A stretch of 64,000 nt of DNA from Phycisphaeraceae bacterium (lineage in GTDB: Bacteria; Planctomycetota; Phycisphaerae; Phycisphaerales; Phycisphaeraceae). A program made the position numbers and the translations under genes. Under the pieces are notes generated by a model. It worked only from the letters and a program-made list of their open reading frames with translations, searched no databases and was not told the DNA's origin. The stretch covers positions 608,001 through 672,000 of the forward strand of contig OY771506.1 of assembly GCA_963674705.1 (NCBI GenBank), read 5' to 3'. Positions 1 to 10,126 of the stretch are shown here, in pieces; the first letter of the stretch is position 1; each line of letters opens with the position of its first letter.

Positions 1-837
1 AAGAATCAAAGTCGTCGCGTAGGGCTTACTCATCAGCCACAGGATCGCGAGCTGGTTCAACTTCACACCCTGCTCATCCGCGATCGCTCGCAACTGCCCC
101 ACCATCTCCGCGACCTGCTGATCTTCGATGAAGTTCTTCATGCGATTGGCGGTCGACTCGTGAATCGCTTCGTCCGTATACCCCGGCTGATGATACTTGC
201 CTGTCAATATCCCCCGGCACAACGGCCCGTAACACATCAGCGCCACGTTAAACCTTTTCAAGAACGGCACCGTCTCCGGCTCGATCGCGCGATCCAGAAT
301 GTTGTAACACGCCTGCTGTGAAATGATCGGCGACAACCCCGCCGCCTTCGCTTCGCAAATCATCGTCGCCATCTGCCACGCGTAATGATTCGCCACGCCG
401 ACGTATCGCACCTTCCCCTGCGACACCAGGTTATCCAGCGTCGCGAGCGTTTCATCCAAAGGCGTCTCCGGATCTGGATGATGCAGCATCAGCAGGTCGA
501 CATGATCCATCTTCATCAGCCGCAAACTGCGCTCAAGCGAAGCGTTGATATTCACCCGACTGTTCCGCCCCACTTCCTTGTTGCGCGTAAACCGATTGAA
601 CACCTTCGTCGCAACATAGACTTGATCGCGCTTCACGGGCGCCAGCAACTTACCGAGCAACTCCTCACTCTGACCGTAGCTGTCTGCGGTATCGATAAAG
701 TTCAGACCGTGCTCGATCGCCTCATCGATCGTGCGAGCGGTTTCTGTTTCATCCAGCTCGCCCTGCCCGAACGTCATCGCGCCCAGGCAAAACCGAGAAA
801 CTTTCATCCCCGAATTGCCGAACCGTACCATTTGCAT
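1..837 (-). CDS. Aldo/keto reductase (3' end outside window)
   Basis: Manual translation of the minus strand: MQMVRFGNSGMKVSRFCLGAMTFG..., later FIDTADSYG and MDHVDLLMLHHPD..GKVRYVGVANH motifs typical of AKRs. Confidence 0.85.
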   Translation of the reverse strand, partial: MQMVRFGNSGMKVSRFCLGAMTFGQGELDETETARTIDEAIEHGLNFIDTADSYGQSEELLGKLLAPVKRDQVYVATKVFNRFTRNKEVGRNSRVNINASLERSLRLMKMDHVDLLMLHHPDPETPLDETLATLDNLVSQGKVRYVGVANHYAWQMATMICEAKAAGLSPIISQQACYNILDRAIEPETVPFLKRFNVALMCYGPLCRGILTGKYHQPGYTDEAIHESTANRMKNFIEDQQVAEMVGQLRAIADEQGVKLNQLAILWLMSKPYATTLIL

Positions 838-873
838 CACGTCACTCCAATCTATTGCTTAATAATCTCAATA

Positions 874-1953
874 TTATTCAGGTAAATGTTCCCGGAAAAA
901 TCGTAACCAGTTGCCGTGGAAAATCGCGTCGATATCCGCGTCACTGTATCCCCGATCTTTCAACAGCCCGTCAAGCTTCTGCAAATCCGTTATCCGTTTT
1001 AAATCGCGTGGCGTCTGCTCCGTACCGAACCCGCCATCCAGATCACTACCGATCGCCGCGTGCTTGCAGTTCCCAGCCAACTGACACACGTGATCGATAT
1101 GATCAACCACCGCTTCCAACCCAACGACGTCCGGCGAAGTCTTCCCATGCTCCCAACCCGTGTACAGCATCCACGCATCGAGCGCCGAACCAATCACCGC
1201 CCCGCGCTCGATCAACCGCTTCAACTGCTCATCATTAAACTGCCGCTCATCCGGCACAAGCGCCCGACAATTCGAATGACTCGCCAGCACCGCCCCATCA
1301 AAGTGATCCAGCGCCTCATCAAAACTCTGATCCGATAGATGCGTCACATCAAGAATCATCCCCAACTGTTCAAACGCTTTTAACATCTCAAACCCCGCCT
1401 GCGAGACAGGCCCGTTAAACCCCGTCCCCACCGCGTGTGCGCTCTGCCCGTAATGACACAACCCCGCCGCACGCAAACCCTCTTCCCACCACCGCGCCGC
1501 ATCATCCGCCGACAGGATCGGGTCCGTCCCTTCCATACTAAGAATCAAACCGATGGGCGACCCTTGCATTCCCCCGATTTCACACTTCGCCCAATGCGCG
1601 TTCAGCGTTTGCACATCCTTAATAAAAGCAATCTCACCGCGCTCCGCCAATACTTTGTAATACGCCAACTGTCCCTGCCCGACAGCGCGCGTGATCGCAA
1701 AGTCACGATGATCCAGGTCCGTACGCATCACCGCAGCCACAGCCGGATTGCACCGCGTCAAAATCGTCCCCAGACAGACAGCAATCCCCGCCTTGCGAAG
1801 CTCCGGCAGACTCAACGTCGCCTTGCCCCGGCAAGGATGATCCGACATCCCCCGCTCCGCCTCATTAATCGCATCAACCGTCTGCGTCAGATCGCGATTA
1901 AACGACAGCGCATTCCACGAAAGATCAAGATGTGCATCAATCATCAACCGCAT
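874..1953 (-). CDS. Membrane dipeptidase family (peptidase M19)
   Basis: IDAHLD, SMEG, LDVTH, ASHSN and IGSDLDG motifs. Confidence 0.9.
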   Translation of the reverse strand: MRLMIDAHLDLSWNALSFNRDLTQTVDAINEAERGMSDHPCRGKATLSLPELRKAGIAVCLGTILTRCNPAVAAVMRTDLDHRDFAITRAVGQGQLAYYKVLAERGEIAFIKDVQTLNAHWAKCEIGGMQGSPIGLILSMEGTDPILSADDAARWWEEGLRAAGLCHYGQSAHAVGTGFNGPVSQAGFEMLKAFEQLGMILDVTHLSDQSFDEALDHFDGAVLASHSNCRALVPDERQFNDEQLKRLIERGAVIGSALDAWMLYTGWEHGKTSPDVVGLEAVVDHIDHVCQLAGNCKHAAIGSDLDGGFGTEQTPRDLKRITDLQKLDGLLKDRGYSDADIDAIFHGNWLRFFREHLPE

Positions 1954-1972
1954 AATAAGCGCCTTGCATTAC

Positions 1973-2008
1973 CTCCCTCTCCCCCTGGGAGAGGGCCGGG
2001 GTGAGGGC
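1973..2008. repeat. REP-like palindrome family A (CCCTCTCCC-N-GGGAGAGGG plus CCCTCACCC arm)
   Basis: Near-identical copies at about 8303-8420 (inverted pair), 9970-10087 (inverted pair), 11539-11571, 14270-14304, 20052-20086, 24516-24550, 55554-55590 and 63645-63760 (inverted pair). Confidence 0.85.
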
Positions 2009-2042
2009 CGTCTTGCCCTCGATTAACATTATTCACAAAACC

Positions 2043-3134
2043 TTACGCCACCTTCCCCCGTGCATCCACACAACACCGCTGCAATTCCCCATCTTCCACC
2101 CACCAGAACGCATCCTGCAGATTCACACACGGGCAGACATGGTTCGGGATCACCATCACACGCTCGCCGACCTTCGGCATAGCATCGCACTTACTCATAT
2201 CCAATACGCCATGCTCTTCATTCGTCCACGCAATACGCGCCTGCGGATACTCCACCACGTGCCCGAATCCCAGATCATTATCACCCATGCAGCGGTCCGA
2301 ACTGAGCATCTTGCTGCCCGCATCGATCACCACCTGCCCCGGCACCGCATCACTGACCACAGTCGTCAACACACGCGCCGCACAGTCATCGATCGTGCAA
2401 TACCCACGAGCGACCGTGTTCATATCGTTATACACGTACGTGCCCGGCCGAATCTCCGTCACACCTTTAACCTGATGCGACTGATACGCCGTCGGCGTCG
2501 ATCCACCCGAAACGATCTTCGCCTCCAGCCCGTCCCGCTGCCACAACTCAAGCGCTTCTGCTACCAGAGCCGTCACCGCTTCAAGCTCTTTATTCTGCTG
2601 CTCGGGCGAGGTCCGGACATGCCCCGGGTAAATCATCAACCCATCCAGACGAAGCCCCGCCGCCTGATCGATCGCCCTCGCAAGCTCAAGCGTCTGCGAT
2701 GCTGTCTGCACGCCCGTCCGCTTCAAACCCACATCAAACTCAACCAGCACGCCGAGCGTGCTGCCCTTCCGCTTCGCTGCTTCGGCCAGGTTCTGCACAC
2801 CCACCATCGAATCCACATCGACGCGCACCGTCTTGTTTCGCGCAAGCTCCGCCAACAACTCGCACCCCTGCGGCGAAACCACCGGGTACGCTACCAGCAC
2901 ATCATCCCCCGCCCCCACCATCACTGCCGCCTCGCCCGGCTTCGCCACCGCAAGCCCCACCGCACCCAGCGCTAGCTGCATCCGCGCCAGCTTCACCGAC
3001 TTGTGCGTCTTCGTGTGCGGCCGTAGCCCGATCCCGTTCGCCTTCGTGTAATCCGCCAACCTTTGCAGATTCCGCTTCACCACCGCAGCGTCAACCAGCA
3101 GGCAAGGTGTCGCAACTCCGTTTGTTACTGTCAT
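2043..3134 (-). CDS. D-threonine aldolase / DSD1-like PLP enzyme (alanine racemase fold)
   Basis: TPCLLVD, RPHTKTHK (PLP lysine), SGGSTPT, EIRPGTYVYND, EEHG and IPNHVCP. Confidence 0.88.
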   Translation of the reverse strand: MTVTNGVATPCLLVDAAVVKRNLQRLADYTKANGIGLRPHTKTHKSVKLARMQLALGAVGLAVAKPGEAAVMVGAGDDVLVAYPVVSPQGCELLAELARNKTVRVDVDSMVGVQNLAEAAKRKGSTLGVLVEFDVGLKRTGVQTASQTLELARAIDQAAGLRLDGLMIYPGHVRTSPEQQNKELEAVTALVAEALELWQRDGLEAKIVSGGSTPTAYQSHQVKGVTEIRPGTYVYNDMNTVARGYCTIDDCAARVLTTVVSDAVPGQVVIDAGSKMLSSDRCMGDNDLGFGHVVEYPQARIAWTNEEHGVLDMSKCDAMPKVGERVMVIPNHVCPCVNLQDAFWWVEDGELQRCCVDARGKVA

Positions 3135-3170
3135 CCGATTAATCTCACGTTCTTGTCAATAAATAAGTAT

Positions 3171-4496
3171 TCACGAAGCCAAACAGGCAGGCAACCGGCT
3201 CATCCGATCCGCGACCTTATCAAGGTCCTGCTCATGAAAATCCGCCAGCGTCGTATGCAGTGTATTGTTCAAGGGCTTGACCCACCTCTCATCCAAACCC
3301 TTCGGCCCGAAGTAACAACCCAGCAGCGACCCGGCCGTCGCCCCGTAGCTGTCCGTATCGTTACCCTGCATCACCTGTTTACAAATACCGTCGCCCACAT
3401 CCTCAGCAAACCGTAGCGTGTTGATCATCGTCGCGGTCTCTTGAAACACCTTGCAATGACCGAACGCTTTGTAACGCTCGTGGATGCGGTTGTAGCCATC
3501 AAGCCAATCGCTCGCCTGCTGAACATACGTAAGCCCGTTACGGACCGCCTCGGCAAATCGGCTGCGCTGCGGCACGAACTGTAGCGCGATGCGGAACATG
3601 TCCAGACGATCCTTAACGACCGCAGCACAAGCGATCGCTGCCGCAGTAAACATCGTGGCGTAGAGCCCCGTTCGGCGATGCGTTAAACCCGCATCACGCC
3701 AGGCAAGCTCCGCCGCCAGCGCCGGATTACCCACGCAGGCATAACCATACGCATCCGCACGGATCTGCGCGCCGCACAACTCGGCGCCCGGATTCCATAC
3801 CCGCACCCAACGCTCACAATCCACCTCCCCGCCATCCAACGACGCCTGACCAATCTTCAATAGCGTCGTACGCTCCGGCCCAAACGTCCAACCGACCGGA
3901 AGCTGCCGCAACCACTGATCCGCAAGATGCGCCCGCGTAAACGATCGGCCGTAACGCTCCAGGATCAGCATCCCCAGCACGCTGTAGTTAATGTCATCAT
4001 CCGGTATTGCGCAGAAGATTGTTTCACGACACGATCCCGTCTCCAACTTAGCGCCCGGCCGAAGCAAGGAAACCGCACGTTGCGAGATATAGTCGTTGAT
4101 AGGCCAGTCGCCCATAGGCTCCAGCACGTCGCGCAACTCGGCAAGCGTCGGATCACACTCGACGGGTTTACCGAGCATGCAGCCGCAGACCGAACCGAGA
4201 AATCCCGTACGTATCCGCTCTGCCATAGCCGATGGATCGACCTTCGCGATCGCTCCCTTCGGTCGGGCCGGATCGCACTCCGCACGGATCGCATCCAACT
4301 CATCTGGCTCAACGTATGGCCAATCGCCTCGCATCGGCAGGTCCGCAAGACGTTCAGCAAACGCCTGCATCGCGTCATAACTCGCCGGCAAAACCTTCAA
4401 CTCGTCGATCAAACCGCCCGTGTCATGACCCTGCGCTTCCCGGGTGTCTATGACGCCCAGCAACAAACGACGTAACTGCTCAATCGAGGCTAGCAT
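3171..4496 (-). CDS. ADP-ribosylglycohydrolase family protein
   Basis: PDDDINY, GAQIRAD and GNDTDSYGATAGS motifs; start placed at ATG 4496 (ORF track extends to 4601). Confidence 0.85.
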   Translation of the reverse strand: MLASIEQLRRLLLGVIDTREAQGHDTGGLIDELKVLPASYDAMQAFAERLADLPMRGDWPYVEPDELDAIRAECDPARPKGAIAKVDPSAMAERIRTGFLGSVCGCMLGKPVECDPTLAELRDVLEPMGDWPINDYISQRAVSLLRPGAKLETGSCRETIFCAIPDDDINYSVLGMLILERYGRSFTRAHLADQWLRQLPVGWTFGPERTTLLKIGQASLDGGEVDCERWVRVWNPGAELCGAQIRADAYGYACVGNPALAAELAWRDAGLTHRRTGLYATMFTAAAIACAAVVKDRLDMFRIALQFVPQRSRFAEAVRNGLTYVQQASDWLDGYNRIHERYKAFGHCKVFQETATMINTLRFAEDVGDGICKQVMQGNDTDSYGATAGSLLGCYFGPKGLDERWVKPLNNTLHTTLADFHEQDLDKVADRMSRLPACLAS

Positions 4497-4655
4497 GGAA
4501 GCACTTTCTTCAATAACACCAAGGCGGATCAACCTTGAGCGCAACGGGATGGGTGCCACATCTTGATCGCGCAGCGACAAGGTGTGCTGCTGCCCGCACA
4601 CTTTGCTCCTGTGGAGTCAAAGTGTGGCACCCGATACGCCATCGGTTGATCCTCA

Positions 4656-6419
4656 CTAAAGTCCAGGTAAACGCAAACGCACCCTCATGGTAACCCGCTT
4701 GCCCTTGCCGCGCCTGCTTATCCGGTTCGCCAGGCAAACCCGGTTGTCCGAACCGATCGCCGGCGTCTGCGTTAGCGTAAAACCGCCACCCGCTTCTGCG
4801 CCGACCTGCTCGATCGCCACATCCCCCCGCGCTAACTGCAACACGGCTCGCTTGCCGCCCCGCTCAATCACCGCGTTAGCCGGCCCAAGATGCAATGGCT
4901 GCTCCACACGCGCCGCCTTGTTCGCATCAACCCGATCTTCGATCGTCACCGACTTATCCGTGATCGACACGCTCCGCCACCAGACATAGCTGAACCCATC
5001 CACGCCGCCCTTGCTTTCGATCATAACCTTCTCAGGCGAATACTTCTTGATCCGGATATCGGTATCCGAAAGATACTTCGGATCGAACCCACGCACGTTC
5101 GCGGGATTCACCAGCACCACGTTGTGCGACTGCGCCGAGCGGTACCAGTCTTCCCAAAGTTCAAGATCGTAGCTGCTGCACCCCGAATCCATTAGCACCT
5201 GTTCGTTGCCGACGAAAATCAGGACGTTCGGCTTACCCGCGTGGATGTGATGCGATTTGTTCGGCATCGCATCAATGTAAACACTCACATCCCCCTTACG
5301 CAGCACCACGATCTGGCTATCCGCAAAACACACGCTCCTGTTCGCCTTCGTCTGCGGGATCGGCAGTAACTCGCGAACGATCCGCAAGTCCTGCGCAACA
5401 TCCAGCGCGTACGAATCCGACACCTGCAACGTCTTGCCTTGCGGCGTCGCGGTCGCTTCAAGATGCTTGTACTGCTGCTTGATCCCGCGTTCCAGGCCCG
5501 CGATCGGCTTCAAGCCGTTCATTTTCAAAAGCAAATACGCATCGACATACAAGCGTGCAATGAAGTGGCTGTAGCTCGGGCTGCCCTCGATGCTGCCGCC
5601 ATCCTTGAAAATCTCTTTCGTCAATTGGTCCTTGACGATCTCGCGCCCCGCTTCGATGAAGCCTTCCGCGTTTTCAAGTTCCGGATATAGCGCGCCCGTG
5701 TACATCAGCGCGACGCCGTGCTGCAGGAAGTGGTTGCCGTGCCCGCTCTTCTTCTCAAGCGCGTTGAGCGCTTCTTCGTATAACCGTCCGCTGTGCAGGC
5801 CGATCGCCTGATAGATCTTTCGCCAGTGGTTGCGCTTCAGGCTCTTTGAACCGGCCAGCAGCTTCACACTGTGGATCATCACCAGTAGCCGCCAGGTGAT
5901 CTGCATGTCGAACCACGTGTACTTCGTCTTCACCCGCGCATCCGGCAAAGCCATATCTATATAAGGATTCGCCTTGCACCAGTCGTCGAAGTACTTGAAC
6001 CACAGCTTCGCCCAACGCTCCTCGCCCGACCGCAAAAACCGCTGTGCGATCGGCAGAAGGAAGTACAAGCGGTTCGCCCAGACATGCTGCTCGATGAGCG
6101 TACAGCAAGGCGAGCCGATCGTCTGATCGTACACCTTGTCCCAGACCATCCGCCCATCGACTAACCAGTCCGCCAGCAGCGTCCCGTCATCCAGCGCATC
6201 CAAAAAGTGCCGGGCAGTCGCCCCGCCCAGGCGGTGGTTCGTGCTGAAAAACGCCCCGCCATCCAGCACCAACAGCGGGAAGATGTCGTACCGCTTCAGC
6301 AGCTCATCACCGTAGGGATAGCGACCCTGTTTTACGGTAGATTTGTAAAAGTCTTTGCTATACGGCCTGTTATAACTGGACACCCAACACCTCCTAATCC
6401 CCCGCTTACCATCGATCAC
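4656..6419 (-). CDS. Heparinase II/III-like polysaccharide lyase
   Basis: GNH..HG, DGGSIEGSPSYSH, HHIHAG and HNVVLVN motifs; start uncertain. Confidence 0.75.
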   Translation of the reverse strand: MIDGKRGIRRCWVSSYNRPYSKDFYKSTVKQGRYPYGDELLKRYDIFPLLVLDGGAFFSTNHRLGGATARHFLDALDDGTLLADWLVDGRMVWDKVYDQTIGSPCCTLIEQHVWANRLYFLLPIAQRFLRSGEERWAKLWFKYFDDWCKANPYIDMALPDARVKTKYTWFDMQITWRLLVMIHSVKLLAGSKSLKRNHWRKIYQAIGLHSGRLYEEALNALEKKSGHGNHFLQHGVALMYTGALYPELENAEGFIEAGREIVKDQLTKEIFKDGGSIEGSPSYSHFIARLYVDAYLLLKMNGLKPIAGLERGIKQQYKHLEATATPQGKTLQVSDSYALDVAQDLRIVRELLPIPQTKANRSVCFADSQIVVLRKGDVSVYIDAMPNKSHHIHAGKPNVLIFVGNEQVLMDSGCSSYDLELWEDWYRSAQSHNVVLVNPANVRGFDPKYLSDTDIRIKKYSPEKVMIESKGGVDGFSYVWWRSVSITDKSVTIEDRVDANKAARVEQPLHLGPANAVIERGGKRAVLQLARGDVAIEQVGAEAGGGFTLTQTPAIGSDNRVCLANRISRRGKGKRVTMRVRLRLPGL

Positions 6420-6841
6420 TCATACCGCGTGACACGATCCTCCCCAATCCACGCCCTGAAGACAACATGATAATTAATTTTCTCAAATAGATAAAGAACG
6501 TGCCGCCCCTTGTATCTATAAAGTTCTCCCCTCCCCTCCCCCGGCGTGGTCGCTTCAGCGATCCACACGCCAACACCCCAATTCCCTCCCACTCCAAATT
6601 ACCTCCGGGCAATACCCATTCAACCGATCCGCCTTTACCTCCCTCCACACAACCAGACACAAAACAATCGGTTTTCACATCCACAATCAAACGGCTTATC
6701 TCATACCCTCTGGATACCGAATAATGACCGTGTTTGAGCACACATTCCGGTTCTGATCCGTGTTTATCCGTGTTCATCTGTGGCTAAAAATCAATGTCTT
6801 GAACCGTGTCGCATAAGCACTATTTACATGACTACAAACAA

Positions 6842-6870
6842 TTGACCCGACCTTTTAATCCTGTTAGTTT
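6842..6870 (+). promoter_or_regulatory. Putative sigma70 promoter of rhaAB
   Basis: TTGACC-N17-TAGTTT with a TGn extended -10, about 105 nt upstream of the rhaA ATG. Confidence 0.5.
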
Positions 6871-6974
6871 TGACCGCGTGAGACCTTCACATCATGCCTT
6901 GCCTCGGCCGACACGGATGACACTCTCCCGATGCAGCGCATCATCCTCACAGCAACCACTTGAAAGGAACGCTC

Positions 6975-8264
6975 ATGGGTGTGTTTGATCCTCCCTCCGA
7001 TACCCAGATCGAATCCGCTTACGCCATCGCGAAAGACCGCTATGCAGCGCTAGGCGTCGATACCGAACAGGCGATCGCAAACGCACTCGCCACCCCGATC
7101 TCCCTGCACTGCTGGCAGGCCGATGACGTCGCGGGACTTGAAACACTGCCCGGCGTGACCGACGGCGGCGGGATCATGGCGACCGGCAACTACCCCGGCA
7201 AAGCAACCACCGGTGACCAGATGCGCCAGGACTACGATAAGGTCCTCTCGCTATTACCCGGCACGCAACGCCTGAACCTCCACGCCTGCTACGCAGAAAC
7301 CGGCGGCAAAGCGGTCGACCGCGACGGCTACACCGCCAAACACTTCGGCAAGTGGATCGACTGGGCCAGGCAATCCTCCATCGGCCTGGACTTCAACCCG
7401 ACCTTCTTCGCGCATCCCAAGGCGGAGGACGGCCTGACACTCAGCCACGCAGATAGCGGCATACGTAAATTCTGGATCGATCACGGCATCGCGTGTCGGA
7501 AGATCGCACAAGCGATGAGCGAAGCGCTGGGCACGCCTTGCGTTACCAATATCTGGATACCGGACGGCCTGAAGGATTCGCCAGCCGACCGCTGGTCGCC
7601 GCGCAAACGCCTGATCGAATCGCTCGATACGATCCTTGATAAAAACCTCGGTATCGATAACACCAAGTGCGTCGATGCAGTCGAAAGCAAACTCTTCGGC
7701 TTAGGCAGCGAAGATTACGTCGTCGGTTCGTTCGAGTTTTACAGCCATTACGCACTGACGCGCCACACGCTGCTTTGCTTGGATATGGGCCACTTCCACC
7801 CGACCGAAACCATTCACGACAAGCTCTCAGCGCTGCTGCAATATCATAAGAAACTGCTGCTGCACGTCAGCCGACCGATCCGCTGGGACAGCGACCACGT
7901 CGTGATTCTTAACGATGATGTGAAGAACGTCTTCCTGGAACTGGCGCGCGGCAACGCGCTTAACCGTGTCGTTGTGGCGATGGACTTCTTCGATGCAAGT
8001 ATCAACCGCCTGATGGCCTACGTCGTCGGCGCCCGCGCCACACGCCAGGCCATCCTAAACGCGTTACTCGACCCGTCATCCAGGCTCATCGAGCTGGAAG
8101 CGCAAGGCAAAGCCGGCCAAAAACTCGCCGCGATGGAAGCGGCAAAGGTGTTGCCATTCGGCGCGGTTTGGGACATGCTCTGTCTGCGCAGCGGCGTCCC
8201 CGCCGGCGCGGGTTGGGTGCCGATCGTGGAGGCGTATGAGAAGGATGTGCTTTCAAAACGCTGA
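6975..8264 (+). CDS. rhaA: L-rhamnose isomerase
   Basis: ISLHCWQADDV, GLDFNPTFF, DAVESKLFGLGSEDY, LHVSRPIRWDSDHV and DFFDASINR. Confidence 0.95.
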   Translation: MGVFDPPSDTQIESAYAIAKDRYAALGVDTEQAIANALATPISLHCWQADDVAGLETLPGVTDGGGIMATGNYPGKATTGDQMRQDYDKVLSLLPGTQRLNLHACYAETGGKAVDRDGYTAKHFGKWIDWARQSSIGLDFNPTFFAHPKAEDGLTLSHADSGIRKFWIDHGIACRKIAQAMSEALGTPCVTNIWIPDGLKDSPADRWSPRKRLIESLDTILDKNLGIDNTKCVDAVESKLFGLGSEDYVVGSFEFYSHYALTRHTLLCLDMGHFHPTETIHDKLSALLQYHKKLLLHVSRPIRWDSDHVVILNDDVKNVFLELARGNALNRVVVAMDFFDASINRLMAYVVGARATRQAILNALLDPSSRLIELEAQGKAGQKLAAMEAAKVLPFGAVWDMLCLRSGVPAGAGWVPIVEAYEKDVLSKR

Positions 8265-8435
8265 AAAATAATCGGAAACGAATAAGATGTGATTAGATAA
8301 ATCCCTTCTCCCGCCGGGAGAAGGCAAAGATGAGGGCCGGGTTGATTGTGCATAGATTGCACAAACGCATGCACAAAGACTCCGGCCCTCACCCCAGCCC
8401 TCTCCCAAGGGCAGAGGGAGTAAGAAGCAGAAGGA

Positions 8436-9911
8436 ATGACAATGCCTCAAAACGGTGAGCGTGTTTACTTGGCGGTCGACCTCGGCGCAGAAAGCGGGCG
8501 TGTTGTCGCGGCGCAATTCGATGGCAAAGTGATCGAGCTGATCGAAGTACATCGTTTCCCGAACGGCCCCGTCGAACTCGATGACGGCCTGCACTGGGAC
8601 TTCTCCTCGCTGTGGGACAACATCGTTGAAGGCTTGAAACTGTCCGCCCAACGCTGGGGAAAAAGCATTGTTTCCATCGGTGTCGACACGTGGGGCGTAG
8701 ACTACGGCCTGGTTGATAGCCAAGGCAACCTGCTTGCCGAACCCTTCCACTACCGCGACAGCCGAAACGATGGCATGCAGGATGAGGCGTTCAAGCTCGT
8801 AACGAAGCGCGAAGTCTACGACCGAACTGGCATCCAGTTCCTGCCGTTCAATACGGTTTATCAACTGCTTGCCGAATCGCGTGCAAACACAAACGCTTAT
8901 CAACAAGCCAAGCATCTGCTTTTTATCCCCGACCTGATCAATCATCGCTTAACCGGACGACTCACCAACGAGTACACGATCGCCAGCACCAGCCAGGCGA
9001 TGGATGCACACTCGCGCCAATGGGCGCTGCCGATGCTAAAGCAACTCGGTATCCGCACCGACTTGTTCTGTGATCTCATTGAACCCGGCCAAACCATCGG
9101 CAAGATCACTTCAACGATCGCGCAACAAACCGGCTTGCATCCGAACGTGCAAGTCGTTGCGGTCGGCTCGCACGACACCGCCTCAGCGGTTGCCGGCGTT
9201 CCCGCTTCAGGTGATGGTTGGGCTTACTTAAGTTCAGGTACGTGGTCGCTGCTAGGCATCGAAGTCGATAAGCCGATCATCAACAACGAGTCTTTCGAGC
9301 ACAGTTTCACCAACGAAGGCGGCGTGCTCGGGACGGTTCGCGTGCTCAAGAACATCAGCGGGTTGTGGTTGCTCCAGGAGTGTCGTCGGCAGTGGCAACG
9401 CGAGGGTGACAACTACACATATGGCGAACTTGCATCGATGGCGGAATCGGCGCAGCCGTTCGTGCATCGGCTCGATCCGGACGACCCGATCTTCACCTCG
9501 CCGGGTCGCATGCCTGAGAAAATCAACAACTACCTTTGTGCGCACGCGCAACAAAAATGCCAGGATCGTGCGCTCATGGCGCGGTGCATTCTAGAATCAT
9601 TGGCGATCAAGTATTTTGACACATTGAGCATTTTAGCGCAGCTTTCAGATCGGCCTATCCAGACGTTGCATATCGTCGGCGGCGGGTCGAAAAATCGACT
9701 GCTCAACCAGTTCACCGCCAGCGCTACGGGCAAGCGCGTCGTCACCGGGCCGGTCGAAGCAACCGCCATGGGCAACATCCTCGTGCAACTGATCGCATCC
9801 AGCGCGGTCGCCGATCATGCAACCGGCCGCGCAATCATCGGCGCGGGTTCGGGCGGCAAGGTTTACGAACCGATCGATCACGAGAAGTGGTTGGCGCAGG
9901 CGCGAAAGTAG
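8436..9911 (+). CDS. rhaB: Rhamnulokinase
   Basis: AVDLGAESGR, IGVDTWGVDY, SHDTASAV and LSSGTWSL; follows rhaA. Confidence 0.92.
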   Translation: MTMPQNGERVYLAVDLGAESGRVVAAQFDGKVIELIEVHRFPNGPVELDDGLHWDFSSLWDNIVEGLKLSAQRWGKSIVSIGVDTWGVDYGLVDSQGNLLAEPFHYRDSRNDGMQDEAFKLVTKREVYDRTGIQFLPFNTVYQLLAESRANTNAYQQAKHLLFIPDLINHRLTGRLTNEYTIASTSQAMDAHSRQWALPMLKQLGIRTDLFCDLIEPGQTIGKITSTIAQQTGLHPNVQVVAVGSHDTASAVAGVPASGDGWAYLSSGTWSLLGIEVDKPIINNESFEHSFTNEGGVLGTVRVLKNISGLWLLQECRRQWQREGDNYTYGELASMAESAQPFVHRLDPDDPIFTSPGRMPEKINNYLCAHAQQKCQDRALMARCILESLAIKYFDTLSILAQLSDRPIQTLHIVGGGSKNRLLNQFTASATGKRVVTGPVEATAMGNILVQLIASSAVADHATGRAIIGAGSGGKVYEPIDHEKWLAQARK

Positions 9912-10126
9912 TCGTTGCGATTACCACTTCACCTTCATTGATTACGTGTGTATAGCACATTGCGTAATACCTTCTCCCCTTGGGAGAAGGCAAGGATGGG
10001 GGCCGGATTGATAAAGCGCTCTTGTTGAAATCCGATTACACAAAGACTTCAGCCCTCACCCCGGCCCTCTCCCGCGGGGAGAGGGAGTAAAGTTAACTTT
10101 CATTCGCTCGATGAAGACAAACTTGA